DNA of 15,538 bases from Promethearchaeota archaeon (GTDB lineage: Archaea; Asgardarchaeota; Lokiarchaeia; Sigyniarchaeales; SOKP01), in NCBI GenBank assembly GCA_013375475.1, contig JABXKD010000083.1, positions 1 to 15,538 on the forward strand. Direction: 5' to 3'. Shown here piece after piece: positions 6,946-15,538 of this stretch. Position 1 is the stretch's first letter. Every line of letters begins with the position of its first letter. The notes below the pieces were generated by a model. It was not told the origin of the DNA and ran no database searches. It was given only the letters and a program-made list of their open reading frames with translations. Made by a program: the position numbers and the translations under genes.

Positions 6946-8513
6946 TAGTCTTCACCTCCTAAGTTCAATTCGCTCGACATTATTTCCAGGATAGGATTGA
7001 AATAATCTTTGCTTTTAGAGATTACACCATCTGATCCCTTCCCACCATCAATAGGTCTTTTTATTTGGGCAAATATCCCTTTTTCTATTGTCTTGAACAG
7101 ACCCTCTTTTTCTATCTTAGTTAAAAGCTCATTAGCTTTATATAATACTTCAGAAGCTCGCTTCTGTATTATCCCCCCTTCTTTAAAGATGATTTCATTT
7201 CCTAAATCTTTCATATTTTTAAAAATATATCTCGCGTTTTCAATGGATAAAGCCCTATCTGACATGAAAGGGGTATGAATTCCTTCTGTTAACATTCCAA
7301 GTAAATGAATTCTCTGATTTGTAAGAATTGTAATCATGTTAAATAATGCGTCTTGAACGTGACCTTTAAAAATGTTTCCAGTCATATATTTTGTAGGGGG
7401 CATGTATTTTAAAGGAACGTTAGGGAAAATCTCTCTTGCCATTTGCGCTTGAGCAAGTTCGTATACAAAACCATTCTCCAATTCGGGATTCATTTCGAAA
7501 GCATGCCCTAAACCCATTTGCTCTTCGCTTAAACCTGCTAATTTCGCAAATTGCTCGTTAATGAATTGCGATGCCAGCACAGTATGAGCTGCCTCATAAG
7601 CGTCATCCGTGGTAAGATAATTGTCCTCTCCAGTATTGATAATAACACCTGCATATGCATTTATCATCCTTGAAAAATGTTGGTCAATCATCGTTCTTTG
7701 CATGTTTATATCCCGAAATAAAATTCCATACAATGCGTCGTTTAGCATCATATCTACTCTCTCGAAAGCGCCCATAGCAGCAATTTCTGGCATACAAAGT
7801 CCTGAACAATAATTAGTAAGCCTCACATATCTTCCTTCTTCTTTGCTCACTTCATCTAAAGCGGACCTCATTAGACGGAAATTTTCTTGAGTTGCATAAG
7901 TCCCTCCAAAACCTTCTGTAGTGGAACCATAAGGCACATAATCCAATAAGCTTTGTCCAGTAGATCTAATTACTGCAATAACATCTGCACCTTGTCTTGC
8001 TGCAGCTTTTGCTTGAATTATGTCCTCAAAAATATTACCCGTCGCAACAATTAGATAAATTAACGGTTCACTTTTTTCCCCATAAGTATTAATTAATTCT
8101 TCTCTGTATTGCATGTTTCGTTTGATAATATTCAAATTCTTCTGAATTATGGAAGATAACGCATTTTTGATTTCAGTTATATTATTTAAAGAATACTCTG
8201 TTATGTTTAATTGTTCTTGAGAAACTATTTCTGCAATATTTTGAGGTGATTTACGAGTATGCAGAATGGTATTTCCAAGGTATAGAGCAATACCATTTTT
8301 AAGTAATCCTGATTGTTGAACGTGATCTACCACAACATTGGGTAATGGAACTCCAAATTCATTAACCCCATCGATCCCTAATAATCTACAAATAGTTCTT
8401 TCAATTGTAGTAGTCGTGTGCTTACCAATGAATTTTTGCGTGTCAATAGCTATATCCCTCGCTATTTTTCTCGCACTCTCTACTATTTTAAAATCCAAAT
8501 TTAATTTATTCAT
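6945..8513 (-). CDS. kamD: Lysine 5,6-aminomutase alpha subunit
   Basis: YLIVATGNIFEDI, IAVIRSTGQSLLDYVPYG, GFGGTYATQENFR, NYCSGLCMPEIA, NTGEDNYLTT and PLKYMPPTK. Confidence 0.96.
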   Translation of the reverse strand: MNKLNLDFKIVESARKIARDIAIDTQKFIGKHTTTTIERTICRLLGIDGVNEFGVPLPNVVVDHVQQSGLLKNGIALYLGNTILHTRKSPQNIAEIVSQEQLNITEYSLNNITEIKNALSSIIQKNLNIIKRNMQYREELINTYGEKSEPLIYLIVATGNIFEDIIQAKAAARQGADVIAVIRSTGQSLLDYVPYGSTTEGFGGTYATQENFRLMRSALDEVSKEEGRYVRLTNYCSGLCMPEIAAMGAFERVDMMLNDALYGILFRDINMQRTMIDQHFSRMINAYAGVIINTGEDNYLTTDDAYEAAHTVLASQFINEQFAKLAGLSEEQMGLGHAFEMNPELENGFVYELAQAQMAREIFPNVPLKYMPPTKYMTGNIFKGHVQDALFNMITILTNQRIHLLGMLTEGIHTPFMSDRALSIENARYIFKNMKDLGNEIIFKEGGIIQKRASEVLYKANELLTKIEKEGLFKTIEKGIFAQIKRPIDGGKGSDGVISKSKDYFNPILEIMSSELNLGGED

Positions 8514-8558
8514 GTGAACTACATCTCTAAAGATAATTTTAATAATTTAATGTCTAAA

Positions 8559-9611
8559 TTATAAGTTGTCACAAGGACCAAGATTGAATATAGGAACATC
8601 AATTCTCTCTTGTAATAATTTTATGAACTGGTTATTTTCAAATTCATATCCTAACGGTGAAGTATGATTAACTGTAATTGCAATTAAATTAATTCGATCT
8701 AGCACCTTTAAGCAGCCCCCCTTTTTTATAAATTTATAGAAAACTTGCTTGCTAATAAATAATTTAGTAGGATCTGTGGCGATTACAGTAAAGCCTTTTA
8801 CTTTTTTATTAGTGACAAATTCATCTAAAATGCTATCGGTTATCGCTCCCTTTATAACCAGATATTTAGCTTCTGTTGTCAAATGATTGAAAATTTCTTT
8901 TGATGATCCTAAAGCTGTAGACTCTTCTAATTTTTTTGATGAATAATCGCGATTTATAATTCCTATTTGAGCTGTGAGTAAAAGATCTCTACTGATTTTC
9001 CTAATTTTATCATCCTTAACTTTCTCTAAGTTAAATAAATCATAGATGTGGGATGTTAGATCAACAACGCTCTCCATATTTCTGGATACAGATGCTCCCG
9101 TGGACAATATGGTTGCATCAGAAATGATGGGCGTCGCGAAAGATCTCCTATCAAATGCACCATCAATAAAAATCACATCGCAACCGATCTTTAACATGTT
9201 ATTACATAATTCTTTTAACTGTTTATTCATTGAGGGCCCTGCTAGTTCAACATATCCGTTTTTATTTGCTTTGTAAATATTGATGTCTCCGAGTGGGGTG
9301 GTGAAATCAGTGCTTTTAATAATTTCGGTCTCAATTTCGCTATTCTTTAAAGAATCTTCAGCTGTAGCAAAAATGGTTCCTTTTTCAACTATAATCTTAG
9401 GTTTTGGAAGCTCAGTAATCGCGTCGTAAGATTCTCCATCTCGACCAATTGAAGTGACTCCAATTATCATATTATCTCTCAATATTTTTATTATGTGATT
9501 TAATGTGGTGGTTTTACTCACATTTTTAGCCAAACCAATAATTGATATAACCTTATACTTCTTTATAGCATCGATTAAGAGCGTCGGAAAGTCCTCATTA
9601 CCTTTCAACAT
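8559..9611 (-). CDS. kamB: KamB-like P-loop protein of lysine fermentation clusters (putative aminomutase reactivation component)
   Basis: SIIGLAKNVSKTTTLN, GVTSIGRDGE..D...LPKPKI, TPLG, VELAGPS, FIDGAFDR and ATILSTGA. Lies between kamA and kamD, as in bacterial clusters. Family assignment is from recall, not a search. Confidence 0.7.
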   Translation of the reverse strand: MLKGNEDFPTLLIDAIKKYKVISIIGLAKNVSKTTTLNHIIKILRDNMIIGVTSIGRDGESYDAITELPKPKIIVEKGTIFATAEDSLKNSEIETEIIKSTDFTTPLGDINIYKANKNGYVELAGPSMNKQLKELCNNMLKIGCDVIFIDGAFDRRSFATPIISDATILSTGASVSRNMESVVDLTSHIYDLFNLEKVKDDKIRKISRDLLLTAQIGIINRDYSSKKLEESTALGSSKEIFNHLTTEAKYLVIKGAITDSILDEFVTNKKVKGFTVIATDPTKLFISKQVFYKFIKKGGCLKVLDRINLIAITVNHTSPLGYEFENNQFIKLLQERIDVPIFNLGPCDNL

Positions 9612-9776
9612 CTATAGTTCAAATTATTAAAAGACTGTATGGTATTTTAATTTTTGAAGAAATACAAATGTAATTTCATAAAAGCTTTATTTATAAAAAC
9701 ACCTTAGTATAAAGTATAAACAAGTACAAAGGTTGATATTAAACTCAATTATAATTTAAATTTAACAAGAAAAAGA

Positions 9777-11855
9777 TTGGTGATTATGAAAATCGAACTC
9801 AAAAAGCATTTTAAAGCATTAATAATAGTTGCAATTCTACTCATTATCCCGTCTTTTATCTCAGCTCCATCAAAAATAAATCCAAGACGAAGATGGGTCA
9901 ATGATCTTCCAGAAAACTATGATTTCTTGAGAAATTCTTACAATGCCACAATGGGATATGAAGCACGGAAAAACATTTATTTAACTGATAGTAATACTAG
10001 TGATGGAATTTACGCGCAATCCTCACGAGTCTATTTAAACGAGTCAGTAAATGAAGCTTCTTTTCAAAGTTCTCTTGATAAGATAAACAATCGAGAGGAT
10101 ACAGCAGACTTTCGAATGGGTTCAATACTCCGAACGATGTATCTCGATAATAAAACTAATGTTTTGGAACCATCGTTCAAATTACAGTTAAAAAATGCTA
10201 TATTAGGTTTTAAATATTGGTTTACAGAGCCTAACGATGACGCTATGATTATGTGGACCGAAAATCATATGATTCTCTTTCATTCTTGCGAACTCCTCGC
10301 AGGACAACTGTATCCAAATGAAACCTTTACTAATTCAGGGATGAATGGTACTCAGCATGTAAAACATGCCTTACCATTGGTTAATAGATGGTTAAATTGG
10401 AGAGCGAGATTTGGATTTTCAGAATGGCATTCTGATATTTATTATGAAGAAGATCTAATGCCGTTACTGAATTTGGTTGAATTTGCTCAAGATAATGATA
10501 CTGCTACTAAGGCAGCGATGTTAGTAGATATTCTAGCATTTGATTTTGCGAATAATTATTTTAAAGGAATCTATGCTACTACGAATGGTAGAACGGATGA
10601 CCATAAAAAGGTTGGAACAAGCCTCACAGATCCTCCGTCACGCGCTTCTTTTGCCGAATTTGCTTGGATTCTACTCGGAGTTGGACATCATGAAGAAAGT
10701 GGGAGTAGTAGTATGTCAGCCGTAGCTCTATCCACAAGTGATAAATATAAACCACCTCCAATATTAGAAGCTATAGCTAACGCGACTTTAGATTACAACG
10801 AACATAGAGATAGGAACGGTATTAATATTGCAGACGGTCCAAGCTATGGTTTTGGATACGAAAGCGAAGATGATTTAATGTTTTGGTGGCCTATGTCTAC
10901 TTTAGTCGCGGGCCCTGTAATTGAACCTACTTTAGATCTCATGAATACTTATGATCTTGATCCTAATTTGATCTTTGAAGATGAACTATTAATAGACCTT
11001 TTAAAAATAGCTGCAGATTTTTATGGAAGCACATTAAGCGAACTTTGCACATTCCTTAAAGAAGCAACTCAAGGAGTCGCTCTTGAAGAGGCGAACACCT
11101 ACACTTATCGGACTCCTTACTATCAATTATCAGGAGCACAAGACCACCAAAAAGGGCTTATGGGGATGCAAGAACACATATGGCAAGCGAGTCTGGATGA
11201 ATACGCTACAGTTTTTACAAATTCACACGGAGGATTTAGAGGTGAAGACCATGTGGGCGGTTTTAAGCCCCGAGCTACGCTCTATAAGAATGTGGGCGTA
11301 ATCCAATATGATCGTCTTTCTCAGTCTTTAATATTAGAATTAGTTTACGCGATTCTTGAATTCAAAGACATTACCCAAGCTTACTTCCCTCGATGGGCTT
11401 TTAACGAAGTAGTACAACAAGATAAATGGACATTTGGAAGAAGGTTAGATAGTTATGTTGCTTTATATTCAAATGAACCACAAGAATGGGAAGATGGTAT
11501 ATTTCTTACATCACAAGGTAAAAAGAATGTATACATCGTCGAATTGGGTAGTGTAGAGGATTATGGGACTTTTGCTAATTTTACTTCCTCAATCTTAGCG
11601 ACAAAACTAGATGTGATACATTTGTCCGTCGGTTATGGTGTTAGATATGTTTCTCCTACTCAAGGAACAGTAAAGGTGAATTGGGATGGTCCGATGACGG
11701 TAAATGGTGCACAGGTTGATTTAGGCTCTTATGCAAGATTTGACAATGACTTTTGCTTTCAAGACTTTAACACTCAAAAAACAACGATTCAATATGGAAC
11801 GATGACATTAGAATTAGATTTTGAGAACGCTACAAGAACTTATACTGAACTATAA
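9777..11855 (+). CDS. Secreted or membrane-anchored hypothetical glycoprotein, possibly heparinase II/III-like fold; start may be ATG 9786
   Basis: N-terminal basic plus hydrophobic segment KKHFKALIIVAILLIIPSFISA. Conserved-looking WTENH and GFSEWHSDIYYEED motifs. Helical N-half and beta-rich C-half. Ten N-x-S/T sequons counted. The fold is an inference. Confidence 0.7.
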   Translation: MVIMKIELKKHFKALIIVAILLIIPSFISAPSKINPRRRWVNDLPENYDFLRNSYNATMGYEARKNIYLTDSNTSDGIYAQSSRVYLNESVNEASFQSSLDKINNREDTADFRMGSILRTMYLDNKTNVLEPSFKLQLKNAILGFKYWFTEPNDDAMIMWTENHMILFHSCELLAGQLYPNETFTNSGMNGTQHVKHALPLVNRWLNWRARFGFSEWHSDIYYEEDLMPLLNLVEFAQDNDTATKAAMLVDILAFDFANNYFKGIYATTNGRTDDHKKVGTSLTDPPSRASFAEFAWILLGVGHHEESGSSSMSAVALSTSDKYKPPPILEAIANATLDYNEHRDRNGINIADGPSYGFGYESEDDLMFWWPMSTLVAGPVIEPTLDLMNTYDLDPNLIFEDELLIDLLKIAADFYGSTLSELCTFLKEATQGVALEEANTYTYRTPYYQLSGAQDHQKGLMGMQEHIWQASLDEYATVFTNSHGGFRGEDHVGGFKPRATLYKNVGVIQYDRLSQSLILELVYAILEFKDITQAYFPRWAFNEVVQQDKWTFGRRLDSYVALYSNEPQEWEDGIFLTSQGKKNVYIVELGSVEDYGTFANFTSSILATKLDVIHLSVGYGVRYVSPTQGTVKVNWDGPMTVNGAQVDLGSYARFDNDFCFQDFNTQKTTIQYGTMTLELDFENATRTYTEL

Positions 11856-12756
11856 ATATGACAATTATAAAAAGGTGAGAATAATAACAATAAAAAACGA
11901 TATAATTGACCTGAGACCAGTAATATGGATTAAAGGCATTTTCATGGTAATTATTGGACTTGAGACCACTCGATTAGGCGTCGGTATAGGCAGAGTAAAT
12001 ACAAATATCTATTACGGTTCATTCATTTTCGCGTTAATCGCGATCTCAGGAATGTTAGTGATATTCATTTTAAAAGATAGGGATAGAGACGAGAAAACAA
12101 GAAGATTTAGCGATCATAAGTTAGTAATTACGTTTAGCGCTGTATTTTATGGTGTTGCGTTTGGTTTGGCAATTTACTATACGATTACTTATAACCTCGA
12201 ATCTTTAAACGTCTATTTATTAGCATTTATCGGTATCTCTTGGTTTCTTACGCTATATTACGGTAGAGATTGGAAGTATAAGGGAATTTTGAGAAATGTC
12301 ATTATTAGCATTTGTTTTTCGTTTGGATTAATTTATGGGGCGTCTCTCAATTACACTCTAATCCCCGCGATTATTTATTTATTTTTCGGAGCTGTTTTTT
12401 TACTCCAAATCTCCAAAGACTTAATGAATGACTGCAAACATATTGCTCGAGATGATACAGAAAATCCTATGTCAATCGCTACTATTCTTGGAGAAGAAAA
12501 AGCTCAAAAATTGTCAATGATTTTAGATATTTTAATAATTATCTTTTTAATTATTCCTATGTTCCCTGGATTTCCAAATATTTTCGCGCAATCAATTTAC
12601 ATTTATATAGCAATTATAACAATTGTTTTTGTAGGCATCGCTGCTTTCCTAAGCTTTAGAATGAACAAGGAGAAAACATATTATCGGATTGTAAAAATCT
12701 TTCTAAGATGTGGAATGTTTCTAGCTTTCACTGGGTTTATTTTAGCGAATTTTTAA
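11821..12756 (+). CDS. UbiA-family prenyltransferase-like membrane protein (DGGGP synthase-like, degenerate motifs); true start probably near GTG 11875
   Basis: DLRP at the N-terminus, LYY...WKYKGILRNVIIS, SKDLMNDCKHIARD...SIATILG, and roughly 8-9 hydrophobic segments. Confidence 0.72.
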   Translation: MRTLQELILNYKYDNYKKVRIITIKNDIIDLRPVIWIKGIFMVIIGLETTRLGVGIGRVNTNIYYGSFIFALIAISGMLVIFILKDRDRDEKTRRFSDHKLVITFSAVFYGVAFGLAIYYTITYNLESLNVYLLAFIGISWFLTLYYGRDWKYKGILRNVIISICFSFGLIYGASLNYTLIPAIIYLFFGAVFLLQISKDLMNDCKHIARDDTENPMSIATILGEEKAQKLSMILDILIIIFLIIPMFPGFPNIFAQSIYIYIAIITIVFVGIAAFLSFRMNKEKTYYRIVKIFLRCGMFLAFTGFILANF

Positions 12757-12757
12757 C

Positions 12758-12769
12758 TTTTTTTTTTGT
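12758..12769 (+). terminator. Oligo-T tract at the convergent UbiA/kamA junction
   Basis: Run of about ten T immediately after the TAA of 11821..12756. Confidence 0.45.
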
Positions 12770-14008
12770 TTATTTACTTAATTTTCTTTTTCTGAGGTTT
12801 CTCTCCAAATCTTCGGGTTCAATTGTCATTTTTTGACCACTCAGAAGGGCTGAAACACCGATTTGTTTTTCACAATCTTCGCAATGACACTCTGGTATGT
12901 AATTCGTAGGTTCTTCATAGGTAGTAATAACACCTTCAAAGTTCCTCAAAACAACTCGAGAGTTACCTTGAGAGATTGTGTAATCGGGCATAACGGGAAT
13001 CTTACCTCCTCCACCAGGTGCATCAACCACAAATGTAGGGACGCATAAACCAGATGTATGTCCTCTTAAACCTTCGATTATTTCAATCCCTTGCGCTACG
13101 CTCGTCCTAAAATGCCCTAGTCCAACTGATAAATCGCATTGATAGATATAATACGGACGAACACGAATTTTTACTAATTCATGAACTAATTTTTTCATCA
13201 CATGTATGCAATCATTTACTCCTCTTAATAAAACCGACTGGTTTCCAAGGGGAATACCAGCATTTGCGAGCATTTCACACGCTCTCTTAGAGTCTTCAGT
13301 GATTTCATTGGGATGATTGAAGTGAGTGTTAAACCATACGGGGTGATATTGCTTTAGCATCTCGCATAATTCAGGAGTAATTCTTTGTGGCATAACAACC
13401 GGACTTCTAGAACCTAACCGAACGATTTCCACATGCGAGATTTCCTTTAGGCTTATCAGTATGTCTTCTAATAATTTATCTGAGATGAGCATCGCATCTC
13501 CTCCTGATAATAAGACATCCCTAATTGAAGAGGTCTCTTGGATATATTCTAGGCATTTTTCTATTTGATCCTTTGGAGGTGCTTTATCGTGATGACCTGC
13601 GAATCGTCTTCGCGTACAGTGTCGACAATACATGGAGCAATTTTCTGTTACAAGGAATAAAACGCGATCGGGATACCTATGAGTTAAACCGGGAGTGGGA
13701 CTATCAACCTCTTCGTGAAGAGGATCCTCTAAATCACCGGGGTATCTAATGAGCTCATGTAATGTAGGAATTGCTTGTTTCCGTATTGGATCATAAGGAT
13801 CGTGAGGATCGATTAATGATAAATAATAGGGAGTGATAGCCATTCTCATCTTTTCCATGATACTCGGATCGTCTTCTTCCTTGGTTAAAGGAATGAACCC
13901 TTTGAGGTCTTCGATAGTAGTTATCCTATTTTTAAATTGCCATCTCCAATTGTTCCAATCTTCATCGATCACTTTTCCGAATAGTTCCATTCGTCTATTT
14001 ACTTTCAT
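12770..14008 (-). CDS. kamA: L-lysine 2,3-aminomutase (radical SAM, PLP)
   Basis: WNNWRWQ, GLTHRYPDRVL, CSMYCRHCTRRR (CxxxCxxC), DVLLSGGD, NQSVLLRGVND, DAPGGGGKIP (PLP Lys) and C-terminal CHCEDC zinc site. Confidence 0.97.
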   Translation of the reverse strand: MKVNRRMELFGKVIDEDWNNWRWQFKNRITTIEDLKGFIPLTKEEDDPSIMEKMRMAITPYYLSLIDPHDPYDPIRKQAIPTLHELIRYPGDLEDPLHEEVDSPTPGLTHRYPDRVLFLVTENCSMYCRHCTRRRFAGHHDKAPPKDQIEKCLEYIQETSSIRDVLLSGGDAMLISDKLLEDILISLKEISHVEIVRLGSRSPVVMPQRITPELCEMLKQYHPVWFNTHFNHPNEITEDSKRACEMLANAGIPLGNQSVLLRGVNDCIHVMKKLVHELVKIRVRPYYIYQCDLSVGLGHFRTSVAQGIEIIEGLRGHTSGLCVPTFVVDAPGGGGKIPVMPDYTISQGNSRVVLRNFEGVITTYEEPTNYIPECHCEDCEKQIGVSALLSGQKMTIEPEDLERNLRKRKLSK

Positions 14009-14120
14009 GATTGTTACCAGAAATCTTAATTTACTAATGTGATTAATTTTTTCTATTTGTTAAAGTTTAGGAGTTTGCGGGAGAATATCCCCATTATAAA
14101 ACTTATATGATTTCTTAAAC

Positions 14121-15233
14121 TTGAATTATTTAATTAACGAGATTATCTTTAGAATGAATTCAGCACAGAATAAAACAACTGCCAAAGGGTTGCAAGGAAA
14201 GGAAGAAATTCGGTTTTTAGATAAATGTCGTAGATTTCCTAGTTTAGTTATTGTTTCTCATCCTAATTCTCCACAAGAGGGTTTTGAGTATATTTTTGAA
14301 AAGCTTAGCGATCTAGAATCAGAGAGAAAAGGGCCTTCAATGATGCAGATAAGGGGAAAGCGCGGAATGCTTCGATTCTTTCGTGTTTTTATAAATTATG
14401 GACGCAAGTTGATGAGAGGAAGAAAGAAATCCTATGACGATTTGGAATCCTATCTCTTAGATTTAGAGCAAAATGGAAAGTATACTAGGAGAACTAATAT
14501 AGAAGAACTATTAAATTCTTATCCAAACAAAGATTTATGGTTCAAACTTCAAGAGTATGCAAAAAACAAATGGAATATCATAAAAATTGGTTTTACAGAA
14601 TTGCCTACAAAACTGATATTTAGAAACAAAATGGTTTTATTTCGATATGCTCTTGTTTTCATGCAAGAAATGAATAAAGATAAGATTGATAACGCTCCAG
14701 GAATAAAAGCGGGTGACGAAACTATACGAATTTATGCCGAATTGGGGGAAGCGGTTGCAGATATTGCAAATTGGCTTCGTTTGAAAGGAATAAGATCTCA
14801 AGCAGTTCATCCCTTAGGTGGACTTGTATGTACACCCCCTCTCGCGGGAAAAGCAGGAATGGGTGGACAGGGCATGCATGGGATCTTAGTTACCCATGAA
14901 TTTGGTCCGCGTCAACGATTGGCTCCCATATTCATTGAAGAAAAGTTGTTTGAGTATACTGACAATGATGAACATAACTGGATTGAGGAATATTGTAAAA
15001 CATGCCGGATTTGCCAAAAAGAATGCCCTGTTGATGCTATTCTTGACAAAAAGGTTATATCAGTTGAAAATATACCGGGAATCGGAGCATTAAAAAGTTG
15101 TATAGATAGGGAGAAATGCTTTCCATATTTTGCTAAGACATTGGGATGTTCAATTTGTATTAAGGTATGCCCATTTTCAAATGGTCCAGAAACTTATGAA
15201 AAACTGAAAAACACAATTTCTCAGAAGAAATAA
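14121..15233 (+). CDS. Reductive dehalogenase-like cobalamin / 2x[4Fe-4S] protein; start probably ATG 14154
   Basis: Y..LGEAVADIANWLRLKGIRSQA, PLAGKAGMGGQGMHGILVTHEFGPRQRL, CKTCRICQKECP and C-X9-CSICIKVCP. No twin-arginine leader evident. Confidence 0.8.
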   Translation: MNYLINEIIFRMNSAQNKTTAKGLQGKEEIRFLDKCRRFPSLVIVSHPNSPQEGFEYIFEKLSDLESERKGPSMMQIRGKRGMLRFFRVFINYGRKLMRGRKKSYDDLESYLLDLEQNGKYTRRTNIEELLNSYPNKDLWFKLQEYAKNKWNIIKIGFTELPTKLIFRNKMVLFRYALVFMQEMNKDKIDNAPGIKAGDETIRIYAELGEAVADIANWLRLKGIRSQAVHPLGGLVCTPPLAGKAGMGGQGMHGILVTHEFGPRQRLAPIFIEEKLFEYTDNDEHNWIEEYCKTCRICQKECPVDAILDKKVISVENIPGIGALKSCIDREKCFPYFAKTLGCSICIKVCPFSNGPETYEKLKNTISQKK

Positions 15234-15278
15234 CCATTATTTTAATTCAAAAAGTAAATTTAAGCTGAAGTTATCTGA

Positions 15279-15538
15279 TTAAACGTACTTCTCTTCAAAG
15301 ATTGCTCTTAATTTATTTGAATTTCGCAATAAATCCAAAGTAATCTCAGCATGGTTTTTAGTATAACCATTTCCTATTATCATAGTTACATCTTTACCTA
15401 CACCTTCAGCACCTAAAGCCGCTTTCGTAAAACTCGTAGCCATTGAGAAGAAATATACTATACCTTCATCTCTCACAGGAAGTATAGAGGATAATTCCGA
15501 GTTTGGGATGCTTAGGCAATTAATGGCGATATCCACTT
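15279..15538 (-). CDS. kdd: L-erythro-3,5-diaminohexanoate dehydrogenase, C-terminal part; begins beyond the right edge
   Basis: ELSSILPVRDEGIVYFFSMATSFTKAALGAEGVGKDVTMIIGNGY is the characteristic Kdd C-terminus, and the context next to kamA agrees. Confidence 0.9.
   Translation of the reverse strand, partial: VDIAINCLSIPNSELSSILPVRDEGIVYFFSMATSFTKAALGAEGVGKDVTMIIGNGYTKNHAEITLDLLRNSNKLRAIFEEKYV

Noticed and set aside
6157-8513. D-ornithine 4,5-aminomutase (oraSE)
   Set aside because: The ~520 + ~260 aa subunit split and the motifs match KamD/KamE.
9706-9730. AGTATAA/AGTATAA/AGTACAA short direct repeats in the kamB divergent region
   Set aside because: Short, AT-rich, unevenly spaced and not seen elsewhere; cannot be distinguished from chance.
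12770-14008. EpmB (EF-P modification) or AblA (osmolyte) assignment
   Set aside because: The C-terminal zinc cysteines and the kdd/kamDE context, with no epmA or ablB in the window, favour catabolic KamA.
14020-14115. Possible SECIS element or riboswitch
   Set aside because: No properly placed AUGA/GA core, no in-frame UGA selenoprotein candidate nearby, and too short for lysine or B12 riboswitches.
1041-15093. Short ORFs of 61-89 aa nested in larger genes (1041, 2375, 4520, 5505, 6218, 6499, 7009, 7621, 9046, 10540, 11083, 12863, 13525, 13833, 14896)
   Set aside because: They overlap well-supported genes in antisense or alternate frames and show no motifs.
14121-15233. Epoxyqueuosine reductase QueG or respiratory RdhA
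   Set aside because: QueG-specific motifs are not seen, and there is no TAT leader or rdhB.

Overview
AT-rich, gene-dense window. It is most likely archaeal and probably Asgard/Lokiarchaeia-like; this is inferred from TATA-type promoters, oligo-T ends, GGAGGTGA ribosome sites, a DGGGP-synthase-like UbiA protein, a sequon-rich secreted protein and a TAT-less reductive-dehalogenase-like gene. Left half: a partial gamma-glutamyltransferase, then a module that occurs twice. In each copy a tandem pair of GbsR/MarR-like winged-HTH genes (subtype A then subtype B) is divergent from a target: an ABC-2 exporter in copy 1 and an 84-aa tail-anchored membrane protein in copy 2. Both divergent intergenic regions carry multiple copies of one palindrome, TTCA-N7-TGAA, a candidate operator for a possibly heteromeric regulator. 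Right half: a clostridial/fusobacterial-type lysine fermentation cluster on the minus strand (kdd, kamA, kamB-like, kamD, kamE, then a PHP hydrolase). It has no kamC in the window and is interrupted by plus-strand genes for a cobalamin/Fe-S reductive-dehalogenase-like protein, a secreted glycoprotein and a degenerate UbiA prenyltransferase. No rRNA, tRNA, CRISPR or mobile element was recognised.
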